Positions 25,492-36,861 of a stretch of 64,000 bases of DNA are shown in pieces. Source of the stretch: Trichoplax adhaerens. Taxonomy: Eukaryota; Animalia; Placozoa. Numbering within the stretch: position 1 is the first letter of the stretch; each line of letters begins with the position of its first letter. The stretch spans positions 3,801,454 to 3,865,453 of the forward strand of contig NW_002060946.1 of the NCBI RefSeq assembly GCF_000150275.1, given 5' to 3'. The notes beneath the pieces were generated by a model. The model ran no database searches and was not told the origin of the DNA. It was given only the letters and a program-made list of their open reading frames with translations. The position numbers and the translations under genes were made by a program.

Positions 25492-26595
25492 ATGGTTTTC
25501 TAATTATCGTAATATCAAATATCAGATGTTATTAATGAAAATGTAGACGTTTAAATGCAGGTTGTAAATTCTGTCTTGGGTTCTAATGATTCAGTATTTC
25601 TCTTGTTTGTATAATTGTTCAATTTATAACTATACACGAGTATGTTTTGTCTTGCTTAAGAACTTGAACGTTATATATCCCTTACCTCAATCTCATTTCT
25701 GTTGCTCGCTACTAAAGAGTTTTATTTTCAAATTTCTGGTTGATATCAGAACATAATTCAGGCGTAAACATAAGCAGGAACTGCCTGTTACAAAATTCTT
25801 ATAATTTCGGTAGTTGTACGTATGTATATAATATAGAAATTTTAACCAGAAGAGGTAGTCAGCATAACCTCACTGTAATCCTCGCATAACGAGCATTTAG
25901 AATAGCTATAATTCTCATCCTTTACTCAAGTAAGCTACAACAACACTGCTAATGTATGATCATTGTACAGCATAAGCCAAAGTGAAAATAAAGTTATTAT
26001 TATTATTATTAGTGGCTGTAATTAACTGCATTTAAACATTGAAGTTTAAATTTTAAAAAATTTAAGCACTTTAAATTTGTATTCCAATTTTCAGACTTGC
26101 TAATAGTATTAAATGAGATGAAATACAAACGTCTCTATTCTCTTTTAGTGAATATTTAAGTTTCTATTGGTAGTTTTCTAAGCTAAATTTATGGTATAAA
26201 TTCAGCCTCGTATCTATCCTAATTGACGTAACTCAAATACGCCGTATAATCCATCATGCTGTAGCAATCAATGCAAGAATCATCAGAATTTCATAAATAC
26301 GTTCTCAGCTCAAAATAAAGATAAATCGCTGCGTTGAATATGGTATTGATATTTATTGATGATTGTAAACGTATTCGAAATCAAAATGAACAACTTTTCA
26401 TAAAAGGAAATGTTTTGTCGTAAGCAAATGAGAAAAACAAATCCTCTATCGATGGCAACAGTGTTCAAATTAAGAATATAAGTTATAATTAAACCCACTC
26501 GCTACTGATATAGGAAGTTGAAGTAAGCAAAAAAGAGGAACATTGAACTACCCAATTTAACTCATCATCACTCTCCTAATGAGATAATAAATAGG

Positions 26596-27827
26596 TTAGT
26601 TTTTTCCGTATTTCCGATGTTTGTTAATAAATTTCAAATGTTTCCTATAGTGTCTGGCTTTGTACGGTTTCCTCTTGAATGTATCTTTACCGATAAGAGT
26701 ACTAGCCCAATGGCCATCGCAATTTCGACTTGGCTTAGTCAGAATCCATGTTGTAAGAATTAATGGTGTATCATTGCAAACTTGATACTCCCCTGACCAA
26801 GCTGTTGTCGAACCTCCATCAAAAGCTACACTGAAACTCAGTGCTACCGGTTTGTCTTTGGTGTAAACATGCTTCGGATGAGCTACGTTACCACGCACTT
26901 TACGACCTCCTCTTCCAGCTGCTCCCTTCGTCGATTCTACCAATGTTCGAAAGCTCCCTGCTAAAAATCCATCTTTTCGGTGGTGTAGAAATAAAACTGA
27001 TCCATGTTGATTAAACCAAAATCCGCTCAAGAAGCCTGTAGTGCTATTTTTTAGAGCTGAATAATGAGAAAGAAAAGAATGTTATGATCGCCTAAGTAGG
27101 TGTACGTCAAGAGTATACATTTAGAATATCTCCATCGAAGTAAAACTGCACATTTTATTACCAAATTTATACTGCATTAAAAGCTTAAAAAATCGATGAA
27201 TGATTATACACAATTCAAAGTAAAATCTATGCACCATGCAGTATACTTACCATTGACACCACCATTGTAATTGGTTTCGTCCTTTTAGTTTAAGAAGAAA
27301 AAAAGCAACAAAATTAAATTACATAGGATACTGTGGGATATTAACGACATTACCATTCTCGTATTTTGAGTAGCATAAAAGTATGAAGGAGAAGTCACAA
27401 TCAACCCTTACAGTATATTACGTAAAAATATTATGGTTTTCAATCTAAACCTTAGTACTGAAGTTAAGGCACCAAATATTATCAAAATTCGTCAAAAACT
27501 GTTGCCTCTATACTCTAAACTCCGTTCTACAAACTTGCCTTAATATAAACTATACTTAAATGTAACTAGCTAAATAAAAATTGGGGCGGTAATATAGAAT
27601 TCATCTGCTATAGCCCGAAGAATATTGATCATTCATTAAGAAATAAACTATTTTCAAGTTTTAACTCCAAATGAAACTTTAAAAAATACTGTATCATTAA
27701 ATCTAGAAAAGTCTCGCAGAAATCGTAGTATGTATGTACTTACAATAGGCACCGTCAATTTATTCGATTTTGGCTGACAGAATACTGTGCCAATGAGCAC
27801 CAGTAGACCAAGCAACATGACCTTCAT
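26596..27827 (-). CDS. Secreted avidin/streptavidin-family protein, 3 coding exons (27827-27744, 27281-27251, 27056-26596), 191 aa
   Basis: Signal peptide MKVMLLGLLVLIGTVFC. Avidin barrel motifs LSGFWFNQHGS, LAGSFRT, LSFSVAF, STTAWSGEY, TTWIL, WASTLIGKDTF. GT-AG introns keep the frame (576 nt). Confidence 0.85.
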
Positions 27828-29399
27828 CTAAAATCCAAAAGGATTAAATTACTGAGAAAATAGCTTAAACTTCTCTAGTATATTTGACGTAGTGTAGTTT
27901 TAAGCATAGAGTTTTAGGCCCATGAAACCTTAAACAGTGTTTTACAAGTAAAAAATAGCTACCTAATGTATAGACCTACTAATTAATAGAGTACGATAGC
28001 ATGTATGCCAATCATTTAAAAGAAATAGAATAAAAACTGGAAGTATTATTTTAGCCCTGGGTACCCTTAATCAAAACAACTACCGTATACGTCAATGCTA
28101 ATTAGAAATAATTTACTGGATAAATGACGTTTCAATGTCTATTAAATGATTAAATTTATTAACGATATTTACACAATTGCACGTCATATAAACTCTTTCT
28201 TTAGTCGTTTAATTCCTCTTAGATCATAAGCTTAAATGACAAATTTAGGAACAAAAAAAATGTGTTCCTCAACGTACATCTCTCTGGGGCGAAAAAGGAA
28301 CCAACGCCCTGATAGTAAAATAGCAAATCTATCCTGTTAATTAAATCCATGATGCCTTACGCCTAGTTTATATGCTTTAATTTAAAATTTTTCCTCATAA
28401 TCGGCAGTAAATTATAGAATATGCTTGTAAAATTCTAGTTTCAATTATTAAACTATAAATAATATAAAATACTTTATGAATAGAAGTTGCGTAGCGTAGA
28501 CGTGAAATCAAATGAAGCCTTGTATATTAGCATGATGTCGTAGCTGTAACTGTAAAATTTTATGGCTAGATTCACTTTTTTCATACCTTAATAAAAAAAA
28601 CTTAAATTAATGTTGTGTTCTACTTAACTTGAATAAAATTTACCATGCCTTATTTCTACTTGTTCTTATTATATCAATCAATAACATATTATGAGATGAT
28701 CAAAACAGAAAAATATAGCCTCACATCGAATAGCGCCGTTACTCGTAAGCTTAAATGAGTATATCACGGAATTATTTAAAATAAGTGTTTAAAATTTTTT
28801 TCCTCAATTTAATTTTAGCAGCAAGCTAAACTAAGCTTTATGCAGAATCGCGCTAATAATAGCTGAAATAATATTAATATACGTCGATAACAAAATTGAG
28901 GAAGTTGCAAAATCAGTTACAATATCCATATTTAATCTTGTATTCATCATCCTTACCTTGGCAAATCAAGTTTTTACGAAGGCGATAAGCCGAAAATTTA
29001 AGACAAACGACCAAAGTACTAGAAAAATAATAAACCTTCCTCTTAAATACTGCTCTATTGGCAATAAAAACTGCCAGCGATTATAATCCATAGGTCAACT
29101 TTGACTTTATACACAGTATGTATTCAATATTACTTTATTTGCAGTACGATTTAATTATTTAATTACTATTTTATTGCTTTTGTAAACTGTATGAAATGCC
29201 CTTTAGAGTCAAAGTCTCGAAATTGTTAAAAGGCCTTTATATTCTATTTCGTAATTTTGCATAACAGTATGCCATTATTCCAATAAAAATGGCAATAACC
29301 AAATTTTAACTATTTATTGATATATCCAGCAAGCTTAGTGGTTGTTCCTACAATAAGTAAACATCTATGTTTTGCATCCTTGTGTACTTTACTATGAGC

Positions 29400-29930
29400 T
29401 TTTCCATCATTAACATTACAATTAAACCAACAGGAAATAATAAATAACCAATAACTAGCTAGACTCTTTAGGACATCGAACGATAAATCTTATGTTGCTA
29501 TCACACCATTAACGGAGACCAAGGTTCAATTTTTAAATTAACCTAATCCGGAAAATTTTTTTTTAATTTTACTAGTCATTCTTGCTCAGTTGGATGTTAG
29601 CAGTAGGAATGATGAAATTCTTTGCAACCTTTCCCTCAGTTAAAAGGATCATGCTAGAAATACATGAAGTCAGACCATACCAAACTTAAGCCGCAAACCA
29701 TTAATGGTACCACGAAGAACTGCAAAGCTATGATAGTTCCTATCCGATTAAAATTTTTATCACATAGAAGCTACAACAGCTACAACCCTACAATTATCAT
29801 CACGACATTGCCATATCATTCACATATGTAAAAATCGATTTTTACAGATTGGCAAGAACATCTGCAACTGTTAGACACTGCAACACAAAAGATTGTGTAA
29901 ATTCGTTCAGTACCATAAAATAGATTTCTG
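29400..29930 (-). pseudogene. Putative decayed class A GPCR relic
   Basis: Collinear fragments broken by stops and frameshifts: FVLQCLTVADVLANL* (TM2-like), WQCRDDNCRVVAVVASM* (ECL1 W to TM3 C), QFFVVPLMVCGL (TM5-like), KIKKKIFRI...WSPLMV* (TM6-like), YWLFIISCWFNCNVN (TM7-like). Confidence 0.4.
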
Positions 29931-31047
29931 ACGAATTACTAGGAACTAAATTTTAGTTTTAAATTGAAATTGCTTCTTATTATGTTTTATGAAGGTGTTT
30001 AACCAATATAAATAAATAAGTAGTATCATTTAATAAAATGAACCAACTGTAGACAGTGCAACGTAAGTGTTGGGTCATGCTACGTTTATATAAACGTATA
30101 TGTAATAAAGGTGTAGCAGGGCTAGAGAAATTTCGTAGATTCAAATATAAGTTTAGGATCTTCCTATGTCATGAATAGGTGTGTTACTAAGTTATTTAGA
30201 TTTAGCCGCGCACAGTGTTTTATTTGATGTGAAGAAGTCAGATTATATTGTTGACGCTGTATTCTACAAGCTTTACTGCTTCTCCATATGCAATTTCACT
30301 GAATAGCACCAATTTTTCCCTAACCTCAATGAGTAACGTATTTGCCTAGTTGGCACTACAAGTAAGCTAGCCTAGGCTCATAAGAGAGTAGAGTACACAA
30401 TGATTTTTATTTAAAGAAAAGAGCTAGCTTTACTTTGAGACGTATAGATAGGAATGAAGACAGTTCATGCAAAGAGTAAAAGAAGTCAGAATGATAACTA
30501 ATTATATTAGTTTCAGATTTGCGATTCCTTATTTAGACTTACTCCGCTAGTTCGCTACTGACTAATGGACCCCTTTCTTCACAAATACGTTGATATTTAC
30601 CGTATAAATAGTTATGTAGAGCAATGATAGTAGAGTATTTATTCGTATGTGGTCCATTCCTTGAATTTATTGGTATCAACAGAGTAGTCCGTCCAGTTAA
30701 TCTACGTTCAATAAATAAATTACATTTCTCATTGTACTGGATTCTATCATTTCTTTCCTCCCATATGTCCCTTAACAATGTCGACATAACATGAGCTTTA
30801 TGATACATTGTAGGATATTAGGACCTTATTAACGAAGTACACTTATTAATGATTCTGCCTAGCGATAATGAGACGTTTCATAACTAATACGGAAACAATG
30901 GCAGCTATATCCCTGGCTTTCAGCCGGCTAATATTTGATCATCACTATCGATATTAATCGAACTGATTAAACTCAAATGGTAATTGTACTACAATACTAC
31001 ATTCGAATAAGAAGACATGAGTAACAGAAATTTCGGCCTTATTTGTC

Positions 31048-31261
31048 ATGGTGGTAAACTGGATAATACTTAATACTACATAATACAGTATATACTATAT
31101 AGCCGGCTACTTTAGTCGCTCAAAATTAGTTACCGATATATTTTATTGAATTACGGCTAAATTTACTATGGTGGTAAACTAGTAATATCTAACACTAAAT
31201 ATCACTGTATATATTGCTGACTACTTTGGTCACGTAAATCAATTACCGATATATTTTATTG
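31048..31261. repeat. Diverged ~120-bp tandem duplication (2 copies)
   Basis: atggtggtaaact...ctacttt...ttaccgatatattttattg occurs from 31048 and again from 31168. Confidence 0.75.
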
Positions 31262-32359
31262 TCTATTAATATTATTAAATGAGTATTATTTCATAGTTTT
31301 CTTTCTGTTGTCAAACTAACAATCTAGCAATTGACATCGCGAATAAAAATACAGAAAAATTGATGAAATTATTCTTCACAATAAGGTATTTGGTTGATAT
31401 ATGATAATTAAAGCATAAAAAAATAATTTTATGAGTTTATTGCGAGGCTAATAAATAAATAAAGATAAATATTTTTGTTTCCCTGTCGATTCTGAATCAG
31501 AAAATAATAATATGACATAGCTACGGTAACACTGTATATTTCCAATCTTTAAAATTTTTAACAAATTGTTATATTGATTTAAACTTATCAATAATAAAGA
31601 GATATGACTCATGTGAGTACGGGACATCTATCACCCGAAATAGAACTGTTCCGTCTCTAATGATAAAATGAAAACTTTAAGGTATGGCAAATTCGCATTC
31701 GTTGAAAAATCCATGGCATATTACGATAGAGAGTAAATACATAAAGTTAAACCTGGAGTTTACAGTTTCAAATTTTACATGGAGTACATATTTACAGTTA
31801 TGGTCCATGATATAACTAATTTGTTAATAATACGCCTGTTGTAATATGCTATACTTAATCAATGTGTCATTCACACGTTAGCTTTGAAATAACTTCGAAT
31901 AATTTAACTTAACACGTTAAACTTTAGAAAGCGTTAGTATGCGGTAAACTTCTGGATACCTCACTGAAGAAATTAAAAAGTAGTCATCAAGAAATACATT
32001 TTAGAAATTTTACAGCTTTTATGTCCTATTTAGCCCTACACTTACAAAATAAGTAGTATACAATATTAGATCAAGTGTTAGCAATATGCCAGGTATGTTT
32101 TATTTGGATATAGTATTGTAATGGTAGGCTATAAAATAGTCAAATTTTGAAAATATATTGCCGTGAAATATAGCACTTTTCTGAAAAGCTGTTAGTAAGG
32201 GTATAAATCTACACGTATATAGCATGTTTAAAATTTACTAATAATTATATTTATAACTAAACGTGTTGATAAACTTTGTCTAAAATTTTTAATCGGCATT
32301 ATTGATCAATCCTACATCCATTGCAGTTGTACCAGTTACGCGTTGGGATGTTTAATAGC

Positions 32360-32600
32360 TACTAAACTATGGCATATATAGGGACTTTCTTAATCTTTAT
32401 GAATTTGATAGCTACCAACTAGGGAGCTCATGGACGTTTTCTTAGTCTTTATAGTAGTTCATGACCGTTAAATTTTGGTATACATGGAACTTTTCCCAAT
32501 CTTTATAATGGCAACTAACTATGGAGTTTATAGAAGTGTTCTCGATCGTTATAACAACTAATTAATTATTATTGGTTACATAAAAGTTTTCTCATATTTA
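32360..32600. repeat. Degenerate ~50-bp minisatellite (about 5 units)
   Basis: Recurrent (c/t)at(a/g)g..(c/g)tttt.c..atctttata...c.aact pattern spaced about 50 bp apart. Confidence 0.45.
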
Positions 32601-33639
32601 TTAAGCGCTAAGTATAAAAGACAGTAATTTAATCTTGTTACCCTTCATTATAATTATTAACGATCACAGATAGATATTAATTAAAGTGGCAAGTGTTACA
32701 GTTTGCGAATATTAATCACATATGCACCTCATTAATGTATAAAATGAGAAGGAATAACATAACATGCATTTATTTTAAAGGAAATATTAATGGACATAAT
32801 ATGCCCGTAATTAATTATTAATAGTAGTTATTCAGAAATTTTTAATAAAAATACCGAAAAGAAATGTTCGTAAATCAATCGCTACGCATTATATTAAAAT
32901 AGAAAGATATGAATGAATTTAATTAATAAAGAACATAGAGAAAATAGCTATTGGATAGTAATAAGTATAACGTAATAAAGATAAAGAAGATACTAAATAT
33001 AGTAAAATATACTGTCAGTATAATACAACACTGATTAGAGTTATTAATTAGCATTGGATTAAAAATTTGGTAAAATACGGGTATACTTGCTAAGGCATAA
33101 TTGTAATCGCCTTCGATGATAATTAATTTTACGAATCAATATTCTTTCTGCTACTGTAAGTGGATAAAGTTGAAAGTTTGAGTTAAAAATTGATACTAGT
33201 ACATAATAGAGATGACTCGCTACTTATCTCTTGAGTTTGTTAATGCTTGAAAATATTCCCCATGAGTTGTCATTAATTTTATGAGTTAATATTCTTTCTA
33301 ATATTATGAACACTAAAATTGAAAAACTGGGCAGAGATATCAGTGCCAATTCAATTGGTTGCAAGTTAATATATAGTTTTTGCCTTTTTAGAATACTTAA
33401 CTTGTAGAATTGATCGTTTTATAAGACATTTGTTCTACAAGCAAGTAGTAACTAATAGTAAATGATTTAGGTGCTTAAATAGTGAGTAAAAATATCGCAA
33501 ATTAGATTACTTTTGAATTCTTCTATCATAAATTATACAATCCCGTAGTTTGAGATAGTCAAATATTTGAAATGTTATTAAGCATAGGCCTATCCCCTTT
33601 TGTATTATAGATGTCCTCTAGCTAAGTAAAATGATATTT

Positions 33640-34440
33640 CTACATTATAATTAGTGCTTCAATAATCACATATATATATAATCAAGGAGCATCCATGCTA
33701 TTATTCTGTTATCTCCAACTATTAGTCCCATACATTCTGGTTTATATTATTAATTTATATAATTGTAATTGTTATGCAGGATTGCTATTTTTGATGCGAT
33801 GTTTTTCTATTGTCGATTTATAGTAATCTTGCAATAGAATTTTATCAGAGTACAGACATTATTTCAAAAAATTGCGTAGTCTATAGTTGTATGGATCAAT
33901 TATTATTTCAATACTTCATTAATTAGCTTCACCTTATTTTTCCATTGTTGGTAAGTATCCGTTATATCAGTAAGGGTTTGTGCCTACAATTGTTAGTTTT
34001 TCAATCGTATTATATTGCAAATAAGTGTTGATTAATTTATAGCATTCATGACCGGAATTAATTATCACTGTCAGTAATTATATTCTATCTGATGATTTAT
34101 ATATTGTAAATTAGTATTGATCACTTTAATTATCACCGATTGGCAATCATAATATACGCGTATAGTCATGATTATTATCTCTGTAAACTACAGCTGTTTT
34201 TTAATCGAGTTCTAAGTCTAGCTAGGATTTCAAAGTAAATGAGATCCTATAAATCCAAATTATGTATAGCCTAATTCATGGCAATCATCATCTTATGGTT
34301 GATATTTTTTAATAATTTAATAAAACATTTTTCTATTTAGGGAAATCGTAAGACTAATCATATTAACCATGGTAACTTTAACGATGATCAAATAACTAAT
34401 TAATTTTTCCATTGTCTTTAACAACTCATAAACATTTGCT
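33640..34440 (+). pseudogene. Frameshifted pseudogene resembling the adjacent GPCR
   Basis: Collinear fragments: NQGASMLLF (neighbour NMCIAALLF), LCRIAIF (neighbour MCKLFTVF), LSIYSNLAIEFIR-YR (neighbour IAYSMVCVSYIRYR), IVVWI..IISIL (neighbour LLWIISIP), LAIIIYAYS (TM5), IIILWLIF (TM6). Multiple indels and stops. Confidence 0.55.
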
Positions 34441-35700
34441 GATCGGTTGTAATGGCTTTTCCTAAGCTAGAAAGAAATAATAGGGTCATAGTTCATTTCG
34501 ATTTTGATCACGATTCTACTTTTTAAATTTCAAATTTAATTGCAAACTATAGAATAAATAGCAAATTAATACTTCAGATTGATTTATCAATTTCATGAAG
34601 ACTTAGCAAGTGAGGCGATGATCTCATAAATTCAATTCTTTTCCTGTTGCTTTTATAATTTATAACGTCTGATAAATTCAATAAAAATTTACGGTTTAAA
34701 TACAATTCGTTCTTCCAATGATTACCGAAATAATAAAATGTTAAAGCTTGCAGCGATGGAGATGGCTTCAAACAATGAATGATTGACTAAATAATTTCAA
34801 TAACCAGGTATACGTCATCACCATGCACTTAACATGGACTTATAGCAATCCCTTTTAGGTTAAAATGGGCAAAATATTTTTTCATTAATCAATAATATTG
34901 TAATTGCTACTGGCGGATATAAAGTCTTCTATTTACTAGCTAAGAAGTTCATGAATAAACATTATTCTAAATTCAATACATGCTAAATAACATTGCCTTG
35001 ATATTGGTCACTTAAACTAATTAACATTAGAAAAGAATATATAAGCTTACCCCTATTTAATACTTGTTGATATTGTTGCCGCTGGAACGCTTTAATTAGT
35101 GCTAGTTGATCATTCATAACATCAAGATAGAAGATTTAGATTGTCACTAATATAAGATAGTTTGCATCGTGATATCGTAAAAACAAGTTTTCGCATTTTC
35201 CGAAAGAAGAAAAATTAAATGTTTAACATATGTATGGCGATGATTTAATTGGACTTTGCTCCTGTTCTAACTAAATTTTCATTTAGTGATTACTGGAAAT
35301 ATTTCAATCAAGGAAGAAATCTCAAGTTAAATTAATTTTCAAATTAAGAAAAGGATAAAAAGCCCCACAAGCATTTATCTATGCTACCGCGAGGATCTAA
35401 ATATTTTGTAATAAATATATAACATACCACATTGATTAGATAAATCAACCAGAAAGAATTTTATTGCCTCTTATTACGTGCACACTTTCTCGAAAACAAG
35501 CTTAAAATAATAAAGTCATTCTTACTTATTTGGCTCAGTTAAGCGACTATCTATTACAATCACGCAAATTTCTTGCTGAAATGACAAGAAGTAATCCATA
35601 AGGATTAGTTACAAATGCTTGTATGATATACTGAATTTTTTACAGAAAAACTATCTACCGATTTAATATTCTACTAAATATATCTTAATAAAAGCTGATC

Positions 35701-36861
35701 ATGACAGAAGCTATAAATTTGACAGTAATTCCTACAACAATCAAAGGAGGACCCTCGGTGCAAGATGAACTGGAACTTGCTCTCGAAATTCGAAGACGAT
35801 TATCAATTGCGCGAATTGTTATTGGCGCTATCGCATTGGTTGTATCGTTTATTGGTACCATCTTAATATGTATAACTGCTGCTCGGGTCAAAAGATTATG
35901 GAGCTTTACCAATATCGTAGTCATCAATATGTGTATAGCTGCATTATTATTCACAATGATTGGTTTATTTAATGCTGCAACTGAATTCACATCTTATAAA
36001 TCATGGCCTTACGGTCCAGTAATGTGTAAGCTATTTACTGTATTCATTCAGATGTCAGTTATTTTTATTGCTTATTCCATGGTCTGCGTTAGTTATATAC
36101 GTTACCGGGTTATCTGCCAGCCGTTTAAGACCCCACCTGCACCGAGTATAGCGTACATTATAGTAATTTTGCTATGGATTATATCGATTCCGCTACCAAC
36201 AGTCTATGGAGTATTTACAAGAGTCTACAACTTTCCTGTTGCACCCAACGTTGAAAGGCCTTTCTGTGTACGCCAATATCAAAATCAGGAATACTCTTAT
36301 ATGCAAGGTCTATCACAGAGGACTTGGAGAGTCTTAACGTGGTTATTATTTGCTGTCAACGTCGTAATTCCGTTAATACTCATTTTATTCTTTACGATTA
36401 GTATTCATCTTGAATTAAATCAACAACCTGCCGTGACAATGAACATCGATACTCGAGCTGATAAAATATATGCAATTAAGAAAGACGTTAAGAAAATGAA
36501 TTTAGTCATTTCTTTAGCATTTTTTATTACATGGAGTCCCATTACAATTTTATATATTATTTCCGAATATAATGTTTTTGATCGGCAACCTAATGATACA
36601 CTAATTCAAGCAATACAGCGCTATCATCTAGGGCAAGGGCTCCAATTCTTTTTTATTACTTTATGTAATTGTTATGGCGCTACAACTATTACTATATGTT
36701 ATAAATTTAATCCTCACTTTAACAGAGCATTCCAAAAAATATTACGTCGATGTTACAACAAGAAACAGAGCAAGATTCAGCCTGTGCCAAGTCGATCAAT
36801 AATAATTCCTAGCAGTAAATCAACGAACACTTCTGTTTTATATAATAAGTATAACTTATAA
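35701..36861 (+). CDS. Intronless rhodopsin-family (class A) GPCR, peptide-receptor-like but divergent, 386 aa
   Basis: Seven hydrophobic segments, ECL1 WPYGPVMCK, IRYRVICQP after TM3, TM4 W, ECL2 Cys (PFCVR), TM5 IPL, TM6 FFITWSP, helix 8 FNRAFQKIL, and an N-terminal NLT sequon. Confidence 0.9.
   Translation: MTEAINLTVIPTTIKGGPSVQDELELALEIRRRLSIARIVIGAIALVVSFIGTILICITAARVKRLWSFTNIVVINMCIAALLFTMIGLFNAATEFTSYKSWPYGPVMCKLFTVFIQMSVIFIAYSMVCVSYIRYRVICQPFKTPPAPSIAYIIVILLWIISIPLPTVYGVFTRVYNFPVAPNVERPFCVRQYQNQEYSYMQGLSQRTWRVLTWLLFAVNVVIPLILILFFTISIHLELNQQPAVTMNIDTRADKIYAIKKDVKKMNLVISLAFFITWSPITILYIISEYNVFDRQPNDTLIQAIQRYHLGQGLQFFFITLCNCYGATTITICYKFNPHFNRAFQKILRRCYNKKQSKIQPVPSRSIIIPSSKSTNTSVLYNKYNL

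Noticed and set aside
35685-35990. 101-aa antisense ORF over the GPCR start, and similar shadow ORFs over DHX35 and rhophilin
   Set aside because: Antisense or alternate-frame shadows of real coding exons.
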